Source: Candidatus Nomurabacteria bacterium (GTDB taxonomy: Bacteria; Patescibacteriota; Minisyncoccia; Phycocordibacterales; UBA9973). Taken from it: a stretch of DNA of 59,212 nt. The stretch lies in NCBI GenBank assembly GCA_016186435.1, contig JACPLQ010000001.1, positions 1-59,212 on the forward strand, given 5' to 3'. The stretch's first letter is position 1; every line of letters begins with the position of its first letter. Shown one piece after another: positions 19,897-28,581 of the stretch. A program made the position numbers and the translations under genes. The notes beneath the pieces are model-generated. The model saw only the letters and a list, made by a program, of their open reading frames with translations. It did no database searches and was not told the DNA's origin.

Positions 19897-22065
19897 ATGA
19901 GGCTCAAAACACTTCAACTGAACGGCTTCAAATCTTTCGCGCAAAAAACTGTTTTAGAGTTTGAAAGCCCGATCGTAGCCATCGTAGGACCCAACGGTAG
20001 CGGGAAGTCGAACGTGGTGGAAGCGGTGCGTTTTGTCTTGGGCGAGCAATCCATGAAGTCCATGCGCGGCAAGGGAGGCTCCGACCTTGTTTTTAAGGGT
20101 TCAAAAAATTTATCTAAAGGCACAAAAGCTTCCGTCACCATTTATTTCAACAATACCGATAAAATTTTTAAACTCACAAACGACGGAGGAGAAAATATAA
20201 ACTTAAATTATGACATCATTTCAATCTCCCGCGAAGTTTATTCTGACGCACTCAATAAATACATTTTAAACGGTACGGAAGTCCGGCTTAAGGACATACA
20301 TCACTTGCTCTCTTATGTGAACATCGGATCTTCCGGCCACCATATAATTTCCCAGGGCGAAGCCGACAGAATATTGAATGCGAGCTCTAAAGACAGGAAA
20401 GAAATGGTGGAAGACGCGCTAGGACTCAAAATTTATCAATACAAAATAAGGGAATCCGAAAGAAAACTGGAAAAAACGAATGAGAATATGAAAGAAGTGG
20501 GCATGCTCCGCCGGGAAAATGCTCCGCACCTTAACTTTTTGAAAAAGCAGGTAGAAAAATTTGAAAAGGTCAAAGAAATGCAGTCGGAGCTTGCTACCCT
20601 TTATCGGGAATACTTAAAAAAAGAAAGTATTTACCTAGAAGAAGAAAAAGAAAGTCTGAAAAAAGAACGAGAAAAAATTTCCGTAGAATTAAAAACTGTT
20701 AATGATAAAATTTCAGCGACAGACGAAAGCAATTCGGAAGGCAACCCGCGCCAAGGCGGGGCAAGTAAAAAAATAGATGAACTGCGAATTGCCGAGCAAA
20801 AGATAAATGCTTTACGCGGGAAAAAGGGCGAGCTGGAACGCAAGCTCGGGCGCATAGAAGGCATACTGGAAGCGAGAGTTGATAAACTAAAAGTTTCCGG
20901 CAAGTGTCCGCTTTGTGGAAGCGATATAGGCGACGAAGATGCGGGGCAGTTAGAGCGGAAGCATAATGAAGAAAAAGAACTTGCTGAATTAAAAACTTCT
21001 CAAGCAGACACCCTTGCCGAAATACAAAAAATAGAGACAGAAGAGAAAGAAATTAGCGGCGCAGTAGAAAAACTTAAACAAGAAATAAACAGAGAAATGG
21101 AAGCATTGCGTGATCTAGAGCGGGAGAAATTTACTTTTAAAGTCAGACAGCAGGAACTTTCTAGCGCGCTTGAGCTCATAGTTATCAAAGAAGACAGCTT
21201 GAGAAGCAGGAGAGAATTGTTTGAGAATGAAATAAATGAAGGCACAGCCCTTGTCGGCGCTGAAATTTTGGCTTATAAGAATTATCAGGGAAGCGTGGAG
21301 GAACAAATTATTCCACAAGATGAGTTAAAGAAAAAAATAGAGCGCATAAAGATAAAACTTGAAGATGCAGGTCTTGGCAATAGCGCGGAGCTAATGCAAG
21401 AATACAATACTGTGTCAGAACGCGATCGATTTTTAGCCAAAGAGCTTGAAGACATTGAAAAAAGCATTGACTCTCTCAAAAAACTTATTGCCGACCTCAA
21501 AGAAAAAATAGACATAGAGTTTCAAGAAGGAGTAAAAAAAATAAATGTTGAATTTCAGGAATTTTTCGCGATTCTATTCGGAGGCGGACATGCGTCGCTT
21601 TCAGTAGTGATGGAGATAAAACGCAGGAGAAAGATACAAGAGGATGAAGAACCCGCCGACGCCGAAGGCTTTGGCGAGGCGAGCGAGACAGAGGAGGAGG
21701 CAGAACCGGAGCAGGGGATAGAAATAAATGTTTCTTTGCCTCACAAGAAAGTAAAAGAATTGCATGCATTTTCCGGAGGAGAACGATCGCTCACCTCTAT
21801 CGCGCTTTTGTTTGCAATGTCGCAGGTAAACCCGCCGCCATTTTTGGTGCTGGATGAGACAGATGCCGCGCTGGATGAAGCGAATTCCAGAAAATATGGA
21901 GATATGCTGGAAAAACTATCTAAAGCGTCCCAGCTTATAGTCGTCACTCACAACAGAGAGACTATGTCCCGAGCGGGAGTGCTTTACGGCGTCACTATTG
22001 GTTCCGACGGCGCGTCCAAACTCCTGTCCGTCAAATTCGACGAAGCCACCCAGATTGCGAAATAG
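19897..22065 (+). CDS. smc: SMC-family ATPase, short (722 aa), with no recognisable hinge and a CPLC motif at the coiled-coil midpoint
   Basis: SMC head motifs: LNGFKSFA, GPNGSGKSN, QGEADRIL, LSGGERSLTSIALLFA and FLVLDETDAALD. The rnc-smc synteny is conserved. Cys337-Pro-Leu-Cys340 is encoded at 20905-20916. Confidence 0.8.
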   Translation: MRLKTLQLNGFKSFAQKTVLEFESPIVAIVGPNGSGKSNVVEAVRFVLGEQSMKSMRGKGGSDLVFKGSKNLSKGTKASVTIYFNNTDKIFKLTNDGGENINLNYDIISISREVYSDALNKYILNGTEVRLKDIHHLLSYVNIGSSGHHIISQGEADRILNASSKDRKEMVEDALGLKIYQYKIRESERKLEKTNENMKEVGMLRRENAPHLNFLKKQVEKFEKVKEMQSELATLYREYLKKESIYLEEEKESLKKEREKISVELKTVNDKISATDESNSEGNPRQGGASKKIDELRIAEQKINALRGKKGELERKLGRIEGILEARVDKLKVSGKCPLCGSDIGDEDAGQLERKHNEEKELAELKTSQADTLAEIQKIETEEKEISGAVEKLKQEINREMEALRDLEREKFTFKVRQQELSSALELIVIKEDSLRSRRELFENEINEGTALVGAEILAYKNYQGSVEEQIIPQDELKKKIERIKIKLEDAGLGNSAELMQEYNTVSERDRFLAKELEDIEKSIDSLKKLIADLKEKIDIEFQEGVKKINVEFQEFFAILFGGGHASLSVVMEIKRRRKIQEDEEPADAEGFGEASETEEEAEPEQGIEINVSLPHKKVKELHAFSGGERSLTSIALLFAMSQVNPPPFLVLDETDAALDEANSRKYGDMLEKLSKASQLIVVTHNRETMSRAGVLYGVTIGSDGASKLLSVKFDEATQIAK

Positions 22066-22125
22066 TATTATCTAAGATTTCAGCATATGCGGATTTTTTA
22101 GGAACGAGAAATTTGATTTTTTTCA

Positions 22126-24030
22126 TTAGGGAGTTTTCATCTCTTGAAACTTCACTTTCTCTTCTTTTGCGGGAATTATTTTTTCTAGCTGGAACACGGA
22201 ATTTAATTGCGTATTATTTTTTCTTACAGACATTGAGCCATCCTTGCCTAATTTAATCTGAAGAAGCATGCCTTTCGTGGTTTCTTTGCTCCAAGACTGA
22301 TCAAAGACAAAATTTCCGAGCGAGTAGGCGATAAAACCATTTTTATAAACTTCAGTATCTTGGATTACATGCGGATGATGACCGATGACTATCTTAGCTC
22401 CATTGTCTACTGCTTTATGCGCTAAATATTCCTGCCGCGTATTGTGAACTGTCTTATATTCATCTCCGAAGTGAAAAGAAACTACTAGATAATCCACTTG
22501 CTTAGCCGCATTTTTTATTATTTCGTCAAAACGGGGATCGCTGGCGAGCAGTAAGCCGGCAGTTTCACTTTTTGCTTCCATCCAGTTCGGTCCAACGTCG
22601 GAGAATCCCAAGAAGCCGATTTTTAGCCCATATTTTTCAATAATAACCGGAGCTTCGGCCTCTGTTTCAGTATTTCCGCCGCCGGTATAAAGTATTTCAT
22701 TTTCTTTCAGGCGTGAGAGCGTGTCTGCATATGCGCTTCGTCCCCAGTCGCCGACATGATTGTTTGCCATTGACACGATGCTTACTCCGGCGCCCTTCAT
22801 CGCGGGAATAACGCTCGGATCCATCCTAAAAGAATATAAATTTCGCATATCTGCGCCTTTGTCGGACGCGGCGCCTTCCAGATTTACGAAAGCTATATCG
22901 GAATTTTTAAATATTTCCAGTTTTGAAAAAATTGCGGAATAATCATTGCCGAAATTTTTTACGACTGAATTTTTCACCCCGCGGGCAAGCATAATGTCGC
23001 CGCCGAAGGCGAGAGTTACAAAGTCCGGCTCGCGGATGTCCGGCACACCGACTCTTTCTTCCACCCAGTTTGTGATTGCTCCGAGCGCGCCGCCATAATA
23101 AACATTTTTCTTCAGGTAATTTACGATGCTTTCCACATCTTTCTTGCGGTCTGCGCTCTGGAGGAGAGTGATAGCAACAGGGCGTTCACTTTTTTCTGCC
23201 AATGAACCTAAGTGCAGAGAGAAAAGAGAGACGACTGTCTGCCTAGCAGCGTCTGTGTATCCGCTTTTACCCCCGATGTATCCGTCTTTCCCCAAAAATT
23301 GGCTGATGTTAGACCAATTATGTTTTTTATTTGAAAAGCTTCTGTTGGTCGTAATTCTTAGGAGTTCCGGATGTTCTTGGGCTAGATAACCGGTGAGCTT
23401 GAATATGTCTCCTGTTGTTGATTTATTATTTGGAGATAATCCGCTCGGATCTTCAAAGTGAGTGTCCTCCATTTTTAACTTTTCTGCCGTTAGGTTCATC
23501 TTTGAGATGAAGCTATCCCGGCCGAAATGTTCCGCAATTACTTCGGCTGCATCGTTGCTAGACTCCAGAAGGAGGGGATATAAAAGATCTGATATTTTTA
23601 CCTTTTCTCCCGGGCGCAATTCGCCATTTTGCCCGTACGTCGCAAGCGCCCGCTTGCTTACTGTTGCCACTTCGTCCGGCTTTGCAAGCTCGCTTGCCAC
23701 CAAAGCAGTCATTAGTTTAGAAACTGATGCTATTGGGAAAATATTCTCCTGATTTTTTGAAAGTATTACTTCGCCAGTGTGAAGGTCGCCGACAATATAT
23801 GCTTTTGCGGAAACTTTCGGGCCTCCGACAAGATCTTTATTCGTATAAAAGTATTGAGGTTTTTTTGCTTCAGACGGAATGAGCTGGACCACTCTGGCTT
23901 GAGAGTCTTTTGTGAAGAGCGTTTTTATTCCCGTATCAATGAGAGATGATAAAGAATAAGTAAAAAATATGCCGACAAGAATCGGAAATACTGACCACAA
24001 CAAGAGCTTAGTTTTATTGCGAGACCTCAT
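22126..24030 (-). CDS. fusion of a serine-type D-Ala-D-Ala carboxypeptidase (PBP5-like) and a CapA/PGA-type metallophosphatase domain
   Basis: N-terminal TM segment, SxxK (IASVSKLMT) and SSND (= SxN, in LLESSNDAAEV). The C-terminal half has FGGDIMLARGV...VSMANNHVGDWG...IVIGHHPHVIQ, typical of CapA. Confidence 0.7.
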   Translation of the reverse strand: MRSRNKTKLLLWSVFPILVGIFFTYSLSSLIDTGIKTLFTKDSQARVVQLIPSEAKKPQYFYTNKDLVGGPKVSAKAYIVGDLHTGEVILSKNQENIFPIASVSKLMTALVASELAKPDEVATVSKRALATYGQNGELRPGEKVKISDLLYPLLLESSNDAAEVIAEHFGRDSFISKMNLTAEKLKMEDTHFEDPSGLSPNNKSTTGDIFKLTGYLAQEHPELLRITTNRSFSNKKHNWSNISQFLGKDGYIGGKSGYTDAARQTVVSLFSLHLGSLAEKSERPVAITLLQSADRKKDVESIVNYLKKNVYYGGALGAITNWVEERVGVPDIREPDFVTLAFGGDIMLARGVKNSVVKNFGNDYSAIFSKLEIFKNSDIAFVNLEGAASDKGADMRNLYSFRMDPSVIPAMKGAGVSIVSMANNHVGDWGRSAYADTLSRLKENEILYTGGGNTETEAEAPVIIEKYGLKIGFLGFSDVGPNWMEAKSETAGLLLASDPRFDEIIKNAAKQVDYLVVSFHFGDEYKTVHNTRQEYLAHKAVDNGAKIVIGHHPHVIQDTEVYKNGFIAYSLGNFVFDQSWSKETTKGMLLQIKLGKDGSMSVRKNNTQLNSVFQLEKIIPAKEEKVKFQEMKTP

Positions 24031-26126
24031 ACTAACACATAATCTATTGTCTTTCGCTCCAAGTCAACCCCTTTTACTTTTATTTTTACCTTGTCGCCGA
24101 GGCGATATTTTTTTCCCTGCCTACCGGCAGGCAGGTTCTTTTTCTGCCCCATCATTTCAAGCTTCTTTTCATTGAAAACATAAAAATCATCCTGCATATC
24201 CCGCATTCGCACGAGCCCTTCGCATTTTGTTTCCACTTCTTCCACATATATGCCCCATTCGGTCATTCCGCTGATTACTCCATGGAAAGTTTCTCCTAAG
24301 CGCGCGGACATATACTCCACTTGTTTGTATTTTATAGAAGCGCGCTCGGCATCACTCGCTCGTTTTTCCTGCTCGGAAGCTATGAGCGACATTTTTTCGT
24401 ATTCAAGCAGTTTATTCCCGACGCTTGCGGTCGGGACCCCGACTTTGGTCGGGGCTTTATTCTTTGCCAAGTAGTCGCCAAGAAGCCTGTGTATTATTAT
24501 GTCGGGATAGCGCCGGATAGGGGAAGTGAAGTGCGTATAGAAATTAAAAGCAAGCCCATAGTGTCCGATATTTTTTGTGGAATAAATTGCTTTAGCCATG
24601 GAGCGAATAACTGCTCTGTGCACGGTATCCCGCATAGTTGTATTCGCATGCTTGCTATCAAAACTTTCTAAGAGCTTATTTATTTCATGGCTTGGAATTA
24701 TGCCGTCCCTCAGGCTGACCTTGTGCCCCAAGCTTCGCAGAAAAAAAGCCAAATCTGCCATTTTTTCTTTTGAAGGCAGGTCATGCACTCGGTATATTGA
24801 AACTCCTTCTTCTGCTCTGCCTTTTATTTTTTTAGGCGACAGAATTTCCGCCACTTTTTTATTCGCAAGAAGCATGAATTCTTCTATGAGCCGGTTTGAA
24901 TCTCCGCGCTCTTTTTTTATGACTTTTAATGGCGCGCCATTTTTATCCAGCACGAATTTTACTTCTTCCTGGTCAAGCGATATTGCGCCTTTGGCAAATC
25001 TTTCTTTGGTAAGTTTTTTTGCGAGATTATTTAAAACAGAAAGTTCTCTGTGAAGGGGAGCATTTGATTTTTTTATGGACTCTTCGGCTTCTTCATAAGA
25101 AAATCTTTTTCTGGAATGTATCACTGTGCGCCCGTACCATTCTGACTTCACGTTTGCATTTTTATCCAGCACAAATATGGCGCTCATTGTCAGGCGGTCT
25201 TTGTTTGGCACCAGACTGCATAAATCATTTGAAAGGACTTCAGGGAGCATGGGTATTGTCCTGTCTACCAAGTACACCGACATGCCGCGCTCTCGGGCTT
25301 CTACGTCTAAAGCGCTGTTTACTTTTACATAATGCGATACGTCGGCGATATGAATGCCTATTTCATAAAGTTCTTCCTCACCCCTTCGCCCCTCTCCATT
25401 TTTTCTTAAATGGAGAGGGGTTTGGGAGAGGTCTGCTGGCCTAAGAATTTTAAAAGATATAGCGTCGTCAAAATCTTTTGCGTCAGCCGGATCTATTGTG
25501 AATGTGAGTGTGCGCCTCATATCCCGACGGCCGTCATAATCTGCATCTTTTATTCCAGCCTGTTTTATTTTTCTCGCTTCTTCTTCAACTTTCTTGGGAA
25601 GCTCGGCATCAAAGCCTTTTTCCATGGCTATGGCGCGCATCTCTGTGTCGTTGTCTCCCGGAAGCCCTAAAATTTTTACTACTTTGCCTTCGGGCGCTTT
25701 GCGGGAATCCAGCCATGAAACTATTTCCACGAAAACTTTTTCTCCTACTTTTGCGCCGTGTACCATATTCTGGGGAATCAGTATATCCGTATACATTTTT
25801 GTATCGTCGGGCTTTAGGAAAAATAATTTACTTGCCCCGTCCTTGGCGGGGTTTTCTGTTTCTAGTATTCCGGCAAAGGCTTTTTTGGCGCGGGAAAGTA
25901 TTTTTGAAACTTCTCCGGTGGTGCGTCCGTGGCTTTTGGCGTGCAGAGTAACCTCCACCAAATCTCCGTGGAGGGCAGTGTTTAGGTGCTTGAAATCAAT
26001 TTCTATGTCGTCCTTGTGGGTAAGAGTCTTTACATAGCCGGTTCCTTTAGCCGTAATAGAGATAATGCCTTCAAGCTTATTGGAGTGCTTTTTCTGGTGT
26101 TTTTTCATCCCGTTAGAGATTTTCAT
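24027..26126 (-). CDS. rnr: ribonuclease R
   Basis: RNB domain (FTIDPADAKDFDDAISF, HIADVSHYV, HYGLAFNFYTHFTSPIRRYPD) and a C-terminal S1 domain. It carries two palindromic inserts. Confidence 0.9.
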   Translation of the reverse strand: MKISNGMKKHQKKHSNKLEGIISITAKGTGYVKTLTHKDDIEIDFKHLNTALHGDLVEVTLHAKSHGRTTGEVSKILSRAKKAFAGILETENPAKDGASKLFFLKPDDTKMYTDILIPQNMVHGAKVGEKVFVEIVSWLDSRKAPEGKVVKILGLPGDNDTEMRAIAMEKGFDAELPKKVEEEARKIKQAGIKDADYDGRRDMRRTLTFTIDPADAKDFDDAISFKILRPADLSQTPLHLRKNGEGRRGEEELYEIGIHIADVSHYVKVNSALDVEARERGMSVYLVDRTIPMLPEVLSNDLCSLVPNKDRLTMSAIFVLDKNANVKSEWYGRTVIHSRKRFSYEEAEESIKKSNAPLHRELSVLNNLAKKLTKERFAKGAISLDQEEVKFVLDKNGAPLKVIKKERGDSNRLIEEFMLLANKKVAEILSPKKIKGRAEEGVSIYRVHDLPSKEKMADLAFFLRSLGHKVSLRDGIIPSHEINKLLESFDSKHANTTMRDTVHRAVIRSMAKAIYSTKNIGHYGLAFNFYTHFTSPIRRYPDIIIHRLLGDYLAKNKAPTKVGVPTASVGNKLLEYEKMSLIASEQEKRASDAERASIKYKQVEYMSARLGETFHGVISGMTEWGIYVEEVETKCEGLVRMRDMQDDFYVFNEKKLEMMGQKKNLPAGRQGKKYRLGDKVKIKVKGVDLERKTIDYVLV
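24116..24135. repeat. near-perfect 20-nt palindrome cctgcctaccggcaggcagg inside the rnr coding sequence
   Basis: It encodes LPAGRQG. Related copies lie at 15230-15246 and 53626-53645. Confidence 0.8.
25376..25420. repeat. GC-rich palindromic element inside the rnr coding sequence
   Basis: cctcacccc...cccctctccattt-tttctt-aaatggagagggg. The 13-bp arms are identical to the trmD copy. It encodes TPLHLRKNGEGRRGEE. Confidence 0.85.
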
Positions 26127-26216
26127 AAATTAGGTCAATAACTTCTTTCATATTTTTAGCGTGTATTCCGTTATCTCTAACGGGACAGGCCCTTATATTA
26201 TAGCATAAAATAGATA

Positions 26217-26245
26217 TTGACAATAGCACCAAAGTGTGCTATACT
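26217..26245 (+). promoter_or_regulatory. consensus sigma-70 promoter (TTGACA, 17 nt, TGcTATACT) for the GC-rich lipoprotein gene
   Basis: Read directly from the sequence. The SD aaggag lies 8 nt before the ATG. Confidence 0.6.
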
Positions 26246-26270
26246 TGCATTGAAAAGGAGAAATTGACAA

Positions 26271-26738
26271 ATGAAGAATCTGTTCGCGGTTTTCGTCGCG
26301 GTTTTTGCTTTAATGGTGGTCGGTTGCGCGACGACAGTCGTCTCGTCGCCCAAGTCGACGGTGAACACCGTCGACGGCCCCCTGGAGGCGAAAGGTGACC
26401 TCAATGCCGTCGTCAAGAGGACGACGACGACCACGACAACCGACGCCAATGGCATCGTAGTCGGCACCACCACCGAAGTGGTGGAGGAACAGGCGGCCCG
26501 CAACGCCTACGATGCCGAGCACGAGCTCGACATGCGCCGCGAGGACCGCAAGGAAGCGGTCGGCGTGGCGCGGGCGCAGAACCCGGCGCCGGTAATCGTG
26601 GTTCGGGGGAGTACGTATTATCGGACGGTGGGTAGTTCGTACCACCGACCCCCGAGACGAAACTATCGGACGGGCCCTCCGCGGACTGAACGCCCTGTCG
26701 GCCGTAACACGGTCGGCGGGAGCAAGTCCAAGCGTTAG
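26271..26738 (+). CDS. GC-rich putative lipoprotein with a Thr-run and an Arg/Pro-rich tail
   Basis: Signal peptide with a lipobox-like LMVVGC. GC content is far above its flanks, and the antisense ORFs in the track are GC artefacts. Confidence 0.6.
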   Translation: MKNLFAVFVAVFALMVVGCATTVVSSPKSTVNTVDGPLEAKGDLNAVVKRTTTTTTTDANGIVVGTTTEVVEEQAARNAYDAEHELDMRREDRKEAVGVARAQNPAPVIVVRGSTYYRTVGSSYHRPPRRNYRTGPPRTERPVGRNTVGGSKSKR

Positions 26739-26785
26739 CCGCTTGGGCAAGAGGGAAGCCCTCTATAAAAATGACAATCCATCGA

Positions 26786-26823
26786 CAGCGTGTTTCTCGC
26801 AAGAGAAACACGCTGTTTCTCTT
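26786..26823 (+). terminator. rho-independent terminator of the lipoprotein cassette
   Basis: 13-bp stem cagcgtgtttctc/gagaaacacgctg with loop gcaa, followed by tttctcttt. Confidence 0.7.
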
Positions 26824-26914
26824 TATGCTCAATTTGCTTTTTTTCTTAAATTATAATAAACTCTTGCTACCTGTCCCGTACTAAATTAAGAACAGCACCA
26901 AAAGCGGAAAGTTT

Positions 26915-27136
26915 TTGGAAATCTTAGGAACGTATAATCCGAAAGCCAAAGATGATGCGCAGAAAAAAAATCTGAATGTCGACAGAATAAAATATTGGAT
27001 ATCAAAAGGCGCAAAGCCTTCGGACACGATGCACAATTTTTTGGTACACGACAAAATCATAGAAGGCAAAAAGATAAACGTCCTTCCAAAGAAAAAACCG
27101 ACAATGAAAAGAAAGGAATTGAAAGCAAAAAAGTAA
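26915..27136 (+). CDS. rpsP: 30S ribosomal protein S16, apparently 5'-truncated
   Basis: (KNSTKSGKF)LEILGTYNP...DRIKYWISKGAKPSDTMHNFL matches the S16 C-terminal two thirds. There is an in-frame TAA at 26882-26884, and no MLxIRLxRxG N-terminus is found in any frame upstream. Confidence 0.6.
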   Translation: MEILGTYNPKAKDDAQKKNLNVDRIKYWISKGAKPSDTMHNFLVHDKIIEGKKINVLPKKKPTMKRKELKAKK

Positions 27137-27235
27137 GCTTGCCCGCCTATGGAGGGTTTGATACAATTACAGTTAATGCAGTATATAAAGTCGGAACGAC
27201 TGCGCATATTATAAAAGTTAATTTTTATTAAAAAC

Positions 27236-27592
27236 ATGGAAGAAGCAGACAAGATGTTTTTGGAATATGTCGTTAAAGCTCTGGTAGATAATCCAAATGA
27301 CGTAAAGATAGAGCGAACTGTGGACGAAATGGGCGTGCTTATTACTCTCACCGTAAATCCCGCCGATATGGGGAAGATTATCGGAAGGATGGGCAATACC
27401 GCCAAGGCTATCCGCACATTGCTCCGCATCATCGGCATGAAGAACAACGCCCGCGTGAATCTGAAGATCAATGAGCCGGCCGGCAGCATGAGGCACGAAG
27501 GCGGAATGACTTCTACGGGGAGCGGCATGGGGCAAGCGCCGTCAACCCTAAAGACTGTAGACGAGGCAATGGATGAGCTCAAGGGAATATAA
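27236..27592 (+). CDS. KH-domain RNA-binding protein (YlqC/KhpA family) with a GC-rich C-terminal tail
   Basis: LVDNPNDVKIE...MGKIIGRMGNTAKAIRTLL, in the conserved rpsP-KH-trmD order. Confidence 0.8.
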   Translation: MEEADKMFLEYVVKALVDNPNDVKIERTVDEMGVLITLTVNPADMGKIIGRMGNTAKAIRTLLRIIGMKNNARVNLKINEPAGSMRHEGGMTSTGSGMGQAPSTLKTVDEAMDELKGI

Positions 27593-28316
27593 ATTGCGTT
27601 TTCATGTCATTACAATTTTTCCAGATATTTTCGATTCATATTTGAATGAATCTGTTATCGGGCGCGGGATAAAAAATAAATTGATAGACGTAAAATTTTA
27701 TAATCCCCGCGATTTTATCAAGGCCCCAAAAAATAACTATAAACCGGTAGATGACAAGCCGTATGGCGGAGGACCTGGTATGGTCATGCGCGCCGAGCCG
27801 ATTTTAAAAGCAGTAGAAGCAGCTCTTAAAGCAGCTCAAAAGCCTCACCCCCGCCCCCTCTCCATTTTGAAAAAAAATGGAGAGGGGTGGATGCGAAGCA
27901 GACGGGGTGAGGGAATTAAAATAATTCTTTTTTCTCCGTCCGGCAAGAAATTTGATACAGCCTATGCTAAAAAGTCCGCAAAAAAATATACGGACATCAT
28001 TATGATATCCGGCAGATATGAAGGCATAGATGCGCGAGTGCAAAAAATTCTAAAAGCAGAAGAAATTTCCATAGGGGATTATGTGCTTACCGGCGGCGAA
28101 CTACCAGCTATGATTTTAATAGATTCTATTTCTCGTCAAATACAGGGCATATTGGGCAAATATGAATCACTGGAAGAAGAAAGAGTTTCCAGTAGCGAAG
28201 TGTATACTCGTCCGGAAATCTTAAAATATCGCGGCAAAAATTACAGAGTTCCAAAAGTCCTGCTTTCCGGAAACCATAAAAAAATAGATGAGTGGAAAAA
28301 TCAAACTAAGAAATAA
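27573..28316 (+). CDS. trmD: tRNA (guanine37-N1)-methyltransferase
   Basis: FHVITIFPDIF, DDKPYGGGPGMVM, SGRYEGIDARV, IGDYVLTGGELPAM. Confidence 0.95.
   Translation: MSSREYKLRFHVITIFPDIFDSYLNESVIGRGIKNKLIDVKFYNPRDFIKAPKNNYKPVDDKPYGGGPGMVMRAEPILKAVEAALKAAQKPHPRPLSILKKNGEGWMRSRRGEGIKIILFSPSGKKFDTAYAKKSAKKYTDIIMISGRYEGIDARVQKILKAEEISIGDYVLTGGELPAMILIDSISRQIQGILGKYESLEEERVSSSEVYTRPEILKYRGKNYRVPKVLLSGNHKKIDEWKNQTKK
27843..27912. repeat. nested GC-rich palindromic element inserted in frame in trmD
   Basis: Outer arms cctcacccc / ggggtgagg. Inner arms cccctctccatttt-gaaaa-aaaatggagagggg. It encodes KPHPRPLSILKKNGEGWMRSRRGEG, in a loop that is short in E. coli TrmD. Confidence 0.85.
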
Positions 28317-28382
28317 CATCTATGTTATGGTGTAAATTAAACTCTCTGACTATCTTTAACATATGTAAAAGATAGTAAATAT

Positions 28383-28410
28383 TTGACAAAAAGCTGTGGA
28401 TAAGTATACT
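28383..28410 (+). promoter_or_regulatory. rpoB promoter (TTGACA, 16 nt, TATACT) with a perfect DnaA-box 9-mer (tgtggataa, 28395-28403) in the spacer
   Basis: Read directly from the sequence. Confidence 0.5.
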
Positions 28411-28493
28411 GTACTTGATTCATTGATTGAGTATCGGATGCAATCTCTTTTATTATTAAGATAAATAAGGAGTGTAGCGACTGTATTTTCTTA

Positions 28494-28544
28494 ACCCTGT
28501 TAAATAAGGCTTTTAGCCTTAGCCTACTGGCTATTTAACAGGGT
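28494..28544 (+). promoter_or_regulatory. structured rpoB leader element (13-bp closing stem with two inner hairpins)
   Basis: accctgttaaata ... tatttaacagggt encloses aaggc/gcctt and agcc/ggct. Confidence 0.45.
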
Positions 28545-28581
28545 GATAATTTTCTAATCGCTTTGCTTAAGAAAATCAATC

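Noticed and set aside
26748-26775. preQ1-I riboswitch-like string (agaggg..ccctctataaaaatga)
   Set aside because: The loop is far too short and lacks the conserved loop nucleotides. It lies at the 3' end of an ORF rather than upstream of a queuosine gene.
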